From a virus (lineage: Duplodnaviria > Caudoviricetes), in IMG/VR virus record IMGVR_UViG_3300023174_000218, positions 1 to 53,744 of that record: a stretch of DNA of 53,744 nt; one strand, written 5' to 3'. Every line of letters starts with the position of its first letter. Positions within the stretch are counted from its first letter, which is position 1. The notes below the pieces were generated by a model. The model was not told the origin of the DNA. It saw only the letters and a list, made by a program, of their open reading frames with translations, and did not search any database. Positions 36,445-46,223 of the stretch are shown here, in pieces. The position numbers and the translations under genes are program-made.

Positions 36445-37233
36445 TTAAAGATACCGTTTTTTAGTACGGTAAAACCTTTTATAGGATCCACCCACTTGCT
36501 TATTGCCAGGCCCATATCCATCTTTTTCATACTGTTCTGTCAGCAGTTTTTGACTTACCTTGAACTCATCAGATGGCTTAGTAATTACCTTTGAAGACCA
36601 GTCATCCCTTTTAAATGGGGTAATTTGAGCTATGGGAGTCCCGGCAGGTAAAACCCCACTAAAAGTGTTCTTTACAAAAAATGGAAAATTTATAGGCCTA
36701 AAATAAGAGTCTGTATCTACAACACCACTAAGCGTATAAAAAGGGAGGTAAGGTGCATTAGCTGGATGGCTAATTAAAGTGCTGTAGCCTGCCGGAGTTT
36801 TAATAACGTAGGGGTTTATCCACTTATAGGCAAAAACGCAGTATTCAGAAGAAAAGGGCATGGTACCAATTTGTTCTATAGGGTGCATACTCACAGGTTT
36901 ATATTCAGGATTAAATGACCCTGATATGGTGTGGTGACCTTTTTCTTCATCATACTTAAATTCATAATCTTTAGATGTAACAATATAGTAACCTAAAGTT
37001 AAAACATCTAATACTGGGATACAACGCTTTATTGTAAATTCTTCATGCTTATGAGAATGATTTGGGTGGTTTATAGATACTCTATTGTCAATTTTTTTAT
37101 ACCATTCCGGTATATTATCAATACTTTTAACTACATTAACAGGAGAACTTTTTAAGTCAGCATCAGTAAGTAGAAACTCTATCGTCTTTTCTTTTGATGG
37201 TGAGCTACTTACTTTGTGCTTATTCTTGAACAT
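36445..37233 (-). CDS. dUTPase-like beta-fold protein (DUF6065-like), paralog 1
   Basis: IPEWYK, TIKRCIPVLD...GY, TPAGYS.L..HP.N, SGVVDTD, GTPIAQITPFKR..W. Confidence 0.7.
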   Translation of the reverse strand: MFKNKHKVSSSPSKEKTIEFLLTDADLKSSPVNVVKSIDNIPEWYKKIDNRVSINHPNHSHKHEEFTIKRCIPVLDVLTLGYYIVTSKDYEFKYDEEKGHHTISGSFNPEYKPVSMHPIEQIGTMPFSSEYCVFAYKWINPYVIKTPAGYSTLISHPANAPYLPFYTLSGVVDTDSYFRPINFPFFVKNTFSGVLPAGTPIAQITPFKRDDWSSKVITKPSDEFKVSQKLLTEQYEKDGYGPGNKQVGGSYKRFYRTKKRYL

Positions 37234-37984
37234 CTGTATCCTTTTTATATTTTTTAGGTACCCAAAGCTTAGATCGGTAATAACCAAACTGTACAGCCCT
37301 AGCTTTTTCAGCAATAAATTTTTCTTTAGGACCAAATACTCTAGATGTAGCTACCCATTCTTGTCTGTTTATTGGTATTAATTGTGCAAAGGGTGTGCCT
37401 TTTTCAATAATACCGGTCCAACCTTCTTTAAGAAAAAATGGAATATTTCCATTAGGAACAAATCTATCACTATCTACTATGCCGGATAAAGTTGTAAAAG
37501 GTAGTTGTGCTTGATTTAAAGGGTGTGTAACAAGTACACTCCAACCTTTAGGCACTTTCCATCCCCATTTACCATTCCATACCATGTGGTTGTGGGCGTG
37601 TCCTGCAGGCCTTGGAATAGTATACCCAATAGCACCTTTTCTTTCTGAAATCAACTGCCAATCAGTATTGCTATGTATATACTCTTCTTTAGAGTTTTTA
37701 TCTAAATATTTATATTCGATCTCTACCCCATCATTTTTAATAATTTCAATGTCAGCCCATGTAGTAAGAAAGTAACCTGAGTTAAGAGCATCAAGAAATG
37801 GCATACAAATTTTCATTCCAGCAGTTTTTAATTCTGGCTTATCTATATCTAAGTAACCAGTTTCTTTATTAATAAATGATTCCCCTTCTTTCCACCAATT
37901 AGGCAAAATAGATGCTGCTGGAATAGGGGTATTAATTGGCAACGTAAAATTTGGGTCTAATACAAATTCTATTTTTTTATACAT
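37220..37984 (-). CDS. dUTPase-like beta-fold protein (DUF6065-like), paralog 2
   Basis: LPNWWK, MKICMPFLD...GY, VPKGWS.L.THPLN, SGIVDSD, GTPFAQLIP..R..W. Confidence 0.7.
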   Translation of the reverse strand: MYKKIEFVLDPNFTLPINTPIPAASILPNWWKEGESFINKETGYLDIDKPELKTAGMKICMPFLDALNSGYFLTTWADIEIIKNDGVEIEYKYLDKNSKEEYIHSNTDWQLISERKGAIGYTIPRPAGHAHNHMVWNGKWGWKVPKGWSVLVTHPLNQAQLPFTTLSGIVDSDRFVPNGNIPFFLKEGWTGIIEKGTPFAQLIPINRQEWVATSRVFGPKEKFIAEKARAVQFGYYRSKLWVPKKYKKDTDVQE

Positions 37985-38000
37985 TATGCTCTCCTAAAGA

Positions 38001-38336
38001 TTATTCTACAAATTTATTATCTTTATACTTGTAACCAACTTTTACCTTAGTAAGGTCTAATACTTGAATAATTGTTGGGTTACTTAATAAAATAGCGGCT
38101 AAATTTTCTTGACAATGCATAATTTCTACTACTTCATCGTCTAGTACAAAAGCAATATGTTTGGTTATTGAAGATGTGTCTGGCAATAAATTCTGCTGAA
38201 TAATAGTTTTCATTTGGAGATCTTTATACCAATGAAAATGAAACCCTAATTTATGAGGTAAAGATTTTATAAAGTTTTTTTTCTTACTTTTTTTATATTC
38301 CTTAAGTTCTTTTTTGTACCGATTATTGTTTGCCAT
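38001..38336 (-). CDS. small fibre-associated protein
   Basis: IAFVLDDEVVEIM...AAILLSNPTII...VG.KY....F. Confidence 0.7.
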   Translation of the reverse strand: MANNNRYKKELKEYKKSKKKNFIKSLPHKLGFHFHWYKDLQMKTIIQQNLLPDTSSITKHIAFVLDDEVVEIMHCQENLAAILLSNPTIIQVLDLTKVKVGYKYKDNKFVE

Positions 38337-38344
38337 TTTTACCC

Positions 38345-39523
38345 CTAGACTGTTACAAAGTTTACTTCATAACTAGAAAATGTAGTTCCTTGATTATAGT
38401 TTGCTGGTGCAAGAATCATACCATGAGTTGTAGTAGGTGTATAACCGGTAGCTGTATATGTCTGATCGGTGCCAATTTGGCTACCAAATCCTGAGGCTGA
38501 ATAGGCTCTTACTGTTATTTCTCCAGTATTTCCTTTAATTATTGTTTTAAGCCCAACAACTAAAGAAGAAAGAGTAAATGTTACTGCAGTGGTAATAGTT
38601 CCTGCTATAGATTTAAGAACGTTTACGGTATAGCTGTAGGAATAATTATAGTTGAAAGTATAGGCGTCATTACTTCCAGTAGCACAGGTATAAGAATAAG
38701 AATTACTTCCAGTAACACAAGTGTAAGTGTAAGAATTATCTCCGGTAACACAAGGGTAAGAGGAAGAATTATCTCCAGTAGCACAGCTGTAATAATAATA
38801 AGTTGTATATGAGTATGGAGTACAACGATATGCGTTGTAACCTTTTACACAGGTATAAGCAATGTAATAGCCTCCGTATACCTGCGAGTAACAAGTGCCG
38901 TAATTAGCGTTTCCACCAGTACAATAGTTTCCAGAGGAAGGATATGATCCAAGACATGATCCATAGTTAGTATTTCCAGCCGTATAGCAGGTGCCCCAGT
39001 TAGCATTGCCTGCAACAAAACAAGTGCCATAGTTAGCATTTCCAGCCGCATAGCAAGTACCGTAGTTAGTGCTAGCTGGAACATATTGAGTATCATAACT
39101 CTCAGTTGCATTAGTTGCTGTAGCCCACCAGTTATTACTATCTGTCACCCAGAAAGTAGCACCAACACCATTAGTTACGTTATCTTGAAGTATAGTGACA
39201 TCTGTAGCACCAAAGTCAATAGTAGCAATTGGATATGTGCTAGCAGCAGAGTTAGCTGTAGCTTTATTATCTATAATTCCCCAAGCCCCACGAATATTGT
39301 TCCAAGTATTAATTCCATCAGGAGAGCCTAAAGAAGTTGCGCTTGTAGTTCTTTGAAAACTATCTAGGAATATAGCTAAAAACCATTTCTTCCATACTCC
39401 GCCAACTTTAACCCAACCAGAAAGTACATTTCTCCAACTAGATGCTCCACCAGAAGTTACTTTTACAAGTATAGTTTTAGCAGCACGGTTCCAAGACCCA
39501 TCTACTTTAATTTGTGCTGGCAT
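38345..39523 (-). CDS. fibre-tip/receptor-binding protein with Cys/Tyr-rich insertion
   Basis: N-terminal KVDGSW...WVKVGGVWK motif, lectin-like beta-sandwich (FLDSF.R...HGM), internal 12-Cys repeat region. Confidence 0.7.
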   Translation of the reverse strand: MPAQIKVDGSWNRAAKTILVKVTSGGASSWRNVLSGWVKVGGVWKKWFLAIFLDSFQRTTSATSLGSPDGINTWNNIRGAWGIIDNKATANSAASTYPIATIDFGATDVTILQDNVTNGVGATFWVTDSNNWWATATNATESYDTQYVPASTNYGTCYAAGNANYGTCFVAGNANWGTCYTAGNTNYGSCLGSYPSSGNYCTGGNANYGTCYSQVYGGYYIAYTCVKGYNAYRCTPYSYTTYYYYSCATGDNSSSYPCVTGDNSYTYTCVTGSNSYSYTCATGSNDAYTFNYNYSYSYTVNVLKSIAGTITTAVTFTLSSLVVGLKTIIKGNTGEITVRAYSASGFGSQIGTDQTYTATGYTPTTTHGMILAPANYNQGTTFSSYEVNFVTV

Positions 39524-40455
39524 TACACGTACACCAACCAAATATCTCCATCAAGATATCCTGAGGTACTAGATGGTGCTGCGGTGTTTAAATAAATATT
39601 TCTTACTACGCCAGATGATGTACTAGCGGATGTAACTGCAGCGTTAGATGTAGCTAGGTAAGTAGTTGGGGTTACCCATGTAGCAGTTGTACCATTGCTT
39701 GTTAAAACGGTTCCAGAGGCTCCTAGAGCAAGTCTAGATACGGCTCCAGCTCCTGACCCAAGAATTAGATCTCCGGCCGTTGTAACGGTCGCTAAAGGGA
39801 TTTTAGAGGTATCTGTAGGCACACCCCAAGCAATAGATCCTGCACTTACAATAAGTGACTGACCATTAGACCCAATACCTAAACGACCAACAGTTGCTGA
39901 ACCTGAACCAATAATTAAATCGCCAGCGGTTGTAACGGTAGATAGTGGAATCTTAGCTGCGGCTGATGTTGTAGCTGTACCAATATTGGTAGTAATAGTT
40001 GAGTACTCTGAACTACCTACATAGAGAACGTTGCTAGATCCAACCTTAGGTAATCCTGCTGAATCTAAGTTAAAGTTAAGTGTGTTTGCAGATGAGTATG
40101 CTTCAATAAGGTTAAGGCTAGATGATCCAGCACGAAGAGTTAATCCTTTATTTGTAGTGGTAGTGATTGTGCTTCCACCCGCAGTTGATGCGTATGGCGC
40201 ACCTGTAACACCAGAAACAAGTCCTGCCTCAATATTAGCAAGACGGTCATATACAGTTCCCCAAAGAGTACCCTGAGAAAAAGATCCGGACCATGTTGAT
40301 ACCAGAGGGTTTTGGGATGTAGCAGCGCTACCTATTACTTCTTCAATCTTTTTAACTTCTTCTTGAAGGGAGTTAACGTTATCAGCAATAATTGTGTTGA
40401 CAAGATCCTGCTGGGCGGTGTAGTTTCTTACGCTATTGGGATATACGGCTGGCAT
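39523..40455 (-). CDS. tail fibre protein
   Basis: A.NVNSLQEEV..IE N-terminus; two KIPL.TVTTAGDLI.GSG...RL..G..G..L repeats; RNI.....AP.....DGDIWLVY end. Confidence 0.75.
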   Translation of the reverse strand: MPAVYPNSVRNYTAQQDLVNTIIADNVNSLQEEVKKIEEVIGSAATSQNPLVSTWSGSFSQGTLWGTVYDRLANIEAGLVSGVTGAPYASTAGGSTITTTTNKGLTLRAGSSSLNLIEAYSSANTLNFNLDSAGLPKVGSSNVLYVGSSEYSTITTNIGTATTSAAAKIPLSTVTTAGDLIIGSGSATVGRLGIGSNGQSLIVSAGSIAWGVPTDTSKIPLATVTTAGDLILGSGAGAVSRLALGASGTVLTSNGTTATWVTPTTYLATSNAAVTSASTSSGVVRNIYLNTAAPSSTSGYLDGDIWLVYV

Positions 40456-40499
40456 AGGACTCCTTAGTTATGCCCCTACTATAGCAGGAGGGCTATATA

Positions 40500-41057
40500 T
40501 TAGGAAGGGTTTATACGTTTAAAATTATCTATAATGGCAGCAGTATAGTTGCTTGGAATGTCCATAGTAAGTAATTTAGAAAATATAGCTTTTGACTCTT
40601 CTGATCTTCCTATCCACCAACCAGAAACAGCTTTTTCAAACTCTAAGGCAAATCTTCCTGGGTAACCTACAGCAACAGGTAGAGCAGGCTGCTCAACTTT
40701 AGAAAGACCCATAACAGCCCAAGTATAGGCATTATGCCATTCCGCCTTTTGTTCATAATATTGAGCCATAATAAAATAGGCTTCAGGGCGATCAGGGTTA
40801 ACTATCAATGCTTGGCGCCAACAATTAAGTACCGTATGCTCTCTATTATTTTGATTAGAAAAACAAACCGCCATTTTTAATAGGGAAGCATATGCCAGAT
40901 CATTGTGGGTATCCACTCCGTACTCAGCAGTCCTTAAATAAAAGGTTATTGCAGAAGCCGCCTGCTTTAATTCTTCGTACTTCATTGCTACCCTAAAGTT
41001 TAACTCCGGGTTAAAAGGGTCCTTAGACAGGTCTACTATCAACTCTTCAATTCTCAT
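40500..41057 (-). CDS. TPR-repeat protein
   Basis: Helical TPR-like motifs: A..FYLR.AE, AL...PDRPEAYF. Confidence 0.7.
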   Translation of the reverse strand: MRIEELIVDLSKDPFNPELNFRVAMKYEELKQAASAITFYLRTAEYGVDTHNDLAYASLLKMAVCFSNQNNREHTVLNCWRQALIVNPDRPEAYFIMAQYYEQKAEWHNAYTWAVMGLSKVEQPALPVAVGYPGRFALEFEKAVSGWWIGRSEESKAIFSKLLTMDIPSNYTAAIIDNFKRINPS

Positions 41058-42036
41058 AATTAAGAGCCTCCACGATTAATTCATCTACCAGTATTCCAGG
41101 GGTACGAAGAATAAAAGCGCAGTTATCGCTGACGCTAAAGCTTAGGAGTATATCCCCATCAAGCTTTGCCGCTCCAACGCAGAATTCAATTCGAGCATCT
41201 AAGAAAGAGAAGGGTTTAGATAAACCCACTAAATCTATATTGTTATCCCAGACACATAATCTATGACGATAGATACCGTCTTTTTGCATTAAGTAATTTT
41301 TAAATAGATCTACTTCATGGGTGATTGAGATGTAACCGTCACCCCATCTGACAAGTTGAGACCCCCCACGTTGATCTTTGTTTGGTCTGATACCTTGCTT
41401 GAGGGACACTTGTTTGGTAGTTTTGATTTCTGGGATGTATTGCACAACTTCCACAGGAGAAGCCCACTTAATAAAATTATAAGGCCTATCAGCAATAGGC
41501 ATCCAGTTTTTTTCACAGTATGAGGTATCAGGTTCTGGAGTCGGGATACGATCACGGTTAACCTCTTTAACAGTCCAAGTTTCTTTATCAATATCTATCT
41601 GGGTAAGTTCCATACGACCTTGACCACTAGTTGTGGTATCACGCCGCACCCCTATAATGTAATACTTATTATCCCATTGAACAAGGCGAGCATCTTCTAA
41701 ACCAACAAACTCCCAGATAGGAGTGTGTAGATTTAACATTTCTACCCTTGCGTGGTTAATTACTTCAAGGTTTTTATCTAACCTTACTAAGTAGTTTTCA
41801 GTAATTAAACGTTGATCTTTTTCAGGGTGTAGGTATGCCAAAGGTCCCCACGGGGATGGGAAAAGCTGCTTGTTCTCAGAATGATAAAGCGTGTAGTTAG
41901 TAGCTCTGACATTAACTAAGATATCTCCGTCATTATCTATGTAGATAGATGGATTCATCAGAGCTATCAGATCATGCGAAAAAACTAAAGGAGCTAACTT
42001 ACCACCACCCTGTACCGATTTTTGCACCAGATTCAT
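41047..42036 (-). CDS. five-bladed beta-propeller glycoside hydrolase-like protein
   Basis: NPSI, GLEDARL, CEKNWMP, RGGSQL, YRHR, IEFCVG, F.V.D (GH130/GH43-like propeller). Confidence 0.7.
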   Translation of the reverse strand: MNLVQKSVQGGGKLAPLVFSHDLIALMNPSIYIDNDGDILVNVRATNYTLYHSENKQLFPSPWGPLAYLHPEKDQRLITENYLVRLDKNLEVINHARVEMLNLHTPIWEFVGLEDARLVQWDNKYYIIGVRRDTTTSGQGRMELTQIDIDKETWTVKEVNRDRIPTPEPDTSYCEKNWMPIADRPYNFIKWASPVEVVQYIPEIKTTKQVSLKQGIRPNKDQRGGSQLVRWGDGYISITHEVDLFKNYLMQKDGIYRHRLCVWDNNIDLVGLSKPFSFLDARIEFCVGAAKLDGDILLSFSVSDNCAFILRTPGILVDELIVEALNYEN

Positions 42037-42041
42037 AGTGA

Positions 42042-42314
42042 TTATTCTACAGTATTACGAAGCGCTTCAATCTCTTCTTCAGTTAATCCTGCTGCGATAA
42101 GTTTTTGTCTTGCTTCTTCTGCTGGGTTAACCTCTACAGGTTCAGGAGCAGTAAAGCGCCCTGTCTCTGCATCGTAAGTCCAACCAATACCCGCTGGATT
42201 TTCAGGGGTATACTCAATTAATTCTGCGCCCATAACTCTAGCCGCATCTTCTTTATCATCAGCAACAATTACATTGCTGACTGTGTTTCCACCCATTACT
42301 GCATATGTAGCCAT
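42042..42314 (-). CDS. small fibre-associated protein
   Basis: MATYAV...VSNVIVAD...IEYT..NPAGIGWTYD...FTAP; C-terminal KL...GLTEEEI. Confidence 0.75.
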   Translation of the reverse strand: MATYAVMGGNTVSNVIVADDKEDAARVMGAELIEYTPENPAGIGWTYDAETGRFTAPEPVEVNPAEEARQKLIAAGLTEEEIEALRNTVE

Positions 42315-42329
42315 ATTTATTTCCTTTTC

Positions 42330-43193
42330 TTAGTAGTAAATATAAACAACGCCGTTACCGCCTGAACCAGCAGTACCACCAGTAGGACAAGCACCACCAC
42401 CGCCTCCACCAGTTCCACCATTTCCTGCTGTAGCGCCCGAAGCGTTAGAACCTGCTCCCGTATATCCTGCGCCACCGCCACCAGCACCAAAAGATGTGCC
42501 AGTACCAGTTGAACCTGTACCACCTGCGCCACCATTGCCTGTACCACCTGCACCACCAGTTGCAATACCTACTGTTGACAATGAACCACCGCCACCGCCA
42601 ATTAGCCCTGCTCCACCTGCTCCCGCAGATTGATTTCCTGTGGTTCCAATATTTCCACCACCGCCGCCACCTGAAACACCAGCACCGCCAATATTAGGAG
42701 TTCCACCATTTACTGCGTTTGCACCATTTCCTGCATAACCAATGGTACCTATTGGAGCACCTGTATAAGAAACACCTCCAGCAGAACCACCACCAGTTGA
42801 CCCACCCCCACCACCGCCACCAATTCCTACTGACCCGCTAGCACCGCTTGAACCTTGTCCACCTGCTCCACCGCCACCAATAACCATTCCATAAACACTT
42901 GAACCGCCAACGGTTGAACCACCGAAAGTATTACCTCCTGTTCCGCCAGCACCAACGGTTACGGAAGTTGAAACATAAGTCCAACCAGCAGAATAACCAC
43001 CTGCTCCACCACCGCCTGCACCTGTTGTTGCAGAACCGCCACCGCCACCGCCGCCAATTACAATTGCATACACTCTTTGAATACCAGTTGGGATTGTTAC
43101 AGGAAAAGTTCCAGGCGTAGAAAATGTCTGTCGTAACTGCAACCCATAGGGGGTATCACTAAACTGTGAATTGTTATATATTGAGACGCTCAT
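42330..43193 (-). CDS. glycine-rich adhesin-like protein, type B
   Basis: PYGLQLRQTFSTPG, GGYSAGWTYVS, SSVYGMV, SYTGAP, GNGVVYIYY. Confidence 0.8.
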   Translation of the reverse strand: MSVSIYNNSQFSDTPYGLQLRQTFSTPGTFPVTIPTGIQRVYAIVIGGGGGGGSATTGAGGGGAGGYSAGWTYVSTSVTVGAGGTGGNTFGGSTVGGSSVYGMVIGGGGAGGQGSSGASGSVGIGGGGGGGSTGGGSAGGVSYTGAPIGTIGYAGNGANAVNGGTPNIGGAGVSGGGGGGNIGTTGNQSAGAGGAGLIGGGGGSLSTVGIATGGAGGTGNGGAGGTGSTGTGTSFGAGGGGAGYTGAGSNASGATAGNGGTGGGGGGACPTGGTAGSGGNGVVYIYY

Positions 43194-43217
43194 ATAGACT
43201 CCTTATTAGTTATTGTA

Positions 43218-44081
43218 TTAGTAAAAAAGGTAAAGTATTCCTGCGCCACCGTTGCCAATTGCGTTGTTAGGATTACCACCACCACCGCCACCGCCAAGAC
43301 CACCAGCGCCACCAGCGCCGCCGCCTGCACCGTTACCTGCTATTCCAGCACCACCACCACCTGCGCCACCAGAGTTACCTGTGCCACCAGTAGTTACCGC
43401 GCCTGTTAAAATGTTTATTCCATTGCCGCCATTACCACCTAATTTAGTTCCTGAAGTGTAAACAGCAGCACCACCACCACCTGCTAAGCCATTACCGCCG
43501 TTACCGCCATTGTGGTTTCCAGTACTAGCAGAATTGCTACCGCCTGCGCCGCCAGAAATACCATCTCCACCTGCTCCACCGTTTGAACCTGATGTTGAAA
43601 TAGCCCTTCCACCACCGCCACCTGAACCAGAACCTGCTTTTGATGTTGTAACTCCAATAGACCCACCTGGTATGCCCCAATAATTAGTTGCACCTAGTCC
43701 ATCAGTACCACCACCACCACCAAGTATTCCATTATTACCACCACCACCGCCAGGGCCTGCAATTACATTTCCATAGCGCGTATAACCTCCAGAAGTTCCA
43801 ACAACACAACTAGAAGTTGCGATAGTCCAACCCCAAGCAATACCACCTGCACCGCCTGCAGAATAACCACCAGCACCACCACCACCAACAGCAATTGCAT
43901 AAACAAATGTAATTCCACTAGGAATTGTGACTGATGTAGTTCCAGCGTTGATTGTTTGTTGTAGTTGTAATCCATGCGGCAAAATAAAATGGCTAAACCC
44001 ATTAGCAGGAGCAGTATTAGCTGAAGGATTCCAACTAGACACTTGAGTGGCTGCTTTATTTCTTATGTATAAGTTTTTCAT
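43218..44081 (-). CDS. glycine-rich adhesin-like protein, type A
   Basis: QVSSWN, AWGWTIATSSC, YTRYGNVIAG, NGINILTGA, GAGILYLFY. Confidence 0.8.
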   Translation of the reverse strand: MKNLYIRNKAATQVSSWNPSANTAPANGFSHFILPHGLQLQQTINAGTTSVTIPSGITFVYAIAVGGGGAGGYSAGGAGGIAWGWTIATSSCVVGTSGGYTRYGNVIAGPGGGGGNNGILGGGGGTDGLGATNYWGIPGGSIGVTTSKAGSGSGGGGGRAISTSGSNGGAGGDGISGGAGGSNSASTGNHNGGNGGNGLAGGGGAAVYTSGTKLGGNGGNGINILTGAVTTGGTGNSGGAGGGGAGIAGNGAGGGAGGAGGLGGGGGGGNPNNAIGNGGAGILYLFY

Positions 44082-44090
44082 AACTATCTC

Positions 44091-44999
44091 CTAGTAAAAC
44101 AAATAAAGAATACCTGCGCCACCTGCGCCTGCAGTACCTGAACCTGAGCCACCGCCTCCACCGCCAAGTCCACCAGCACCACCAGTAGTTCCTGATGCCG
44201 CAGTTCCATTACCAGCAATACCACCACCACCACCACCTGCGCCGTTTGTACCAGTTCCTGTTGAACCTGCACCGCCAGTTGTAATTGCGCCAGTAAGAAT
44301 GTTTATTCCGTTGCCGCCAGTTCCGCCAGTACGAGTACCAGTACCTGCTTCAACAAGTCCTCCACCACCACCTGCTAAACCATTACCACCATTGCCGCCA
44401 GTATTTGTTTGAGAACCTGTTGCTCGTGATGAACCACCGCCACCGCCTGAGATTCCATTACCACCATTACCGCCAGTAATTGTTGTAGAACTTCCAAAAC
44501 CACCACCTGCACCAGAACCTGAGCCACCAGTTGTTGTTGTTGAAGTACCAGCAACACCGCCTGGTATTCCATAATAATTAGTTGCGCCAGCACCAATTGT
44601 TGAATAACCGCCGCCACCTGCTGAACCTAAAATTCCATTACTTTGTGCATTACCGCCACCGCCAGCGATTATGTTTCCATAACGAGTATAACCGCCATTA
44701 CCTGTACTAAAACCAGTACCACCAGCACCAACAATGCAACTAGAAGTTGCAATAGTCCAACCCCAAGCGACTCCACCTGCCCCACCTTGATTAGCACCAC
44801 CACCACCAACTGCAATTGCGTAAACAAAAGTTATACCTGCTGGAATTGATACAGAGGTTGTACCAGCGTTGATTGTTTGCTGTAATTGAAGGCCATAAGG
44901 TAAAATAAATGAAGTTAATCCATTAGGAGTGGCATTATCGTTTTGATTCCAGGTAGAAACCTGAGAACCAACTTCACCTCTAGGTAGATATTGATGCAT
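44091..44999 (-). CDS. glycine-rich adhesin-like protein, type A
   Basis: Same conserved blocks as 43218..44081. Confidence 0.8.
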   Translation of the reverse strand: MHQYLPRGEVGSQVSTWNQNDNATPNGLTSFILPYGLQLQQTINAGTTSVSIPAGITFVYAIAVGGGGANQGGAGGVAWGWTIATSSCIVGAGGTGFSTGNGGYTRYGNIIAGGGGNAQSNGILGSAGGGGYSTIGAGATNYYGIPGGVAGTSTTTTGGSGSGAGGGFGSSTTITGGNGGNGISGGGGGSSRATGSQTNTGGNGGNGLAGGGGGLVEAGTGTRTGGTGGNGINILTGAITTGGAGSTGTGTNGAGGGGGGIAGNGTAASGTTGGAGGLGGGGGGSGSGTAGAGGAGILYLFY

Positions 45000-45009
45000 T
45001 ACCTACCCC

Positions 45010-46185
45010 TTAGATTATACGGTTAACGTATCCTGAGATTGCAATAGCGTTAGCTTGAGAAGCATATGCATAGATTGCAGAATAGTTTGTAGAAGCATTA
45101 GGAGACAAAATTAAACCTGGATTTATAAGAGTCAAACCAGAGTTTCCAGGAATTGTAATAGTCATTTCCTGTGATGGAGTTGCTAATGCCTGTGGGAATG
45201 TAGATGCGGCACCAAATGTCTGAGGTCCGCCTACTATTAAAGATAGAACAACCGCTGAGTTTGTTAAGTTAGTTGCGTATAACCAGACCTCATCAAGACC
45301 ACCACCAGTATTGTTATGTATAAATGTACCAATAGCAGGAAGTGCTGATGCGGTACCTGTCTGTGCTGAAAGAATTGTTGTGAGAGTTGATGGAACAGAT
45401 ACTGTAAATCCAAATGCATATGTTGTTGATGTTGGGGCGGCTAAAGTTGATACAGAGAGAATTGGTGTTGAACCAACGTTATAACCTGTAGTAGTTAAAC
45501 CAGATACACCTACTAATTGAGTTGCGGCAAATATTTGGGCGTTAGTAGAGTACACATAAGAGTATAAAGCGTTATAAGAGGTTGCTGTACCTGACTGAGA
45601 GGTGAGTGCAATAGCAGATGTGCTAAATGGAACTGATGCGGTAAAGGTAGTAGATGATGGGACGGTTACAATTGTAATGTTTGCTAAGTTAGCAAGTGCT
45701 GAGTTAGTTCCTGATAGACCCGTAATAGTGACGGTCTGACCAACAAGAAAACCGTGAGCCGCAGATGTTGTGTATGTAACTGTGTTTGTGTTACCAGTTA
45801 ATGCTGCTGCGGTTACAGTTGCAGTTGTATTTGATACCGCTACCGTTGCTGTACCACCTGATGTGTAAGATTGTGAAGCAACTGCGCTGGTTACAGTGAA
45901 AGAAGAGCCTGTAGCAGATGTAATAATTGCGTTAGTTAAGTTGGCGTTAGTAAAACCAACAATACCTGTAATAGTAACAACTTGACCAGCAGTAAATGTA
46001 TTAGTTGCTGTATAGGTAATTACAGAACCAGTAGTTGTTGCGTTGGTAATTGTTGCAGTAATAGCTGTACCAACTGGCGCCTGAACGTTAGCAACTGTAC
46101 CAGTGGCTAAAAGAGTAGGAGTAGTAACAAGGGTGGGGAAAGAGTTAGATTGCCCTGATAAAATTACCTTGCTATATGTTGCCAT
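45010..46185 (-). CDS. fibre adaptor protein with inserted Thr-rich beta-domains
   Basis: MATYSK..LSG N-terminus and IH...DEVWLYA.N...GL.L..PGLIL...ISGYVNRI C-terminal core, separated by about 260 aa of repeats. Confidence 0.65.
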   Translation of the reverse strand: MATYSKVILSGQSNSFPTLVTTPTLLATGTVANVQAPVGTAITATITNATTTGSVITYTATNTFTAGQVVTITGIVGFTNANLTNAIITSATGSSFTVTSAVASQSYTSGGTATVAVSNTTATVTAAALTGNTNTVTYTTSAAHGFLVGQTVTITGLSGTNSALANLANITIVTVPSSTTFTASVPFSTSAIALTSQSGTATSYNALYSYVYSTNAQIFAATQLVGVSGLTTTGYNVGSTPILSVSTLAAPTSTTYAFGFTVSVPSTLTTILSAQTGTASALPAIGTFIHNNTGGGLDEVWLYATNLTNSAVVLSLIVGGPQTFGAASTFPQALATPSQEMTITIPGNSGLTLINPGLILSPNASTNYSAIYAYASQANAIAISGYVNRII

Positions 46186-46223
46186 TTATATTCTCCTTAA
46201 TTATAGATTTTATTGTAACAGTT

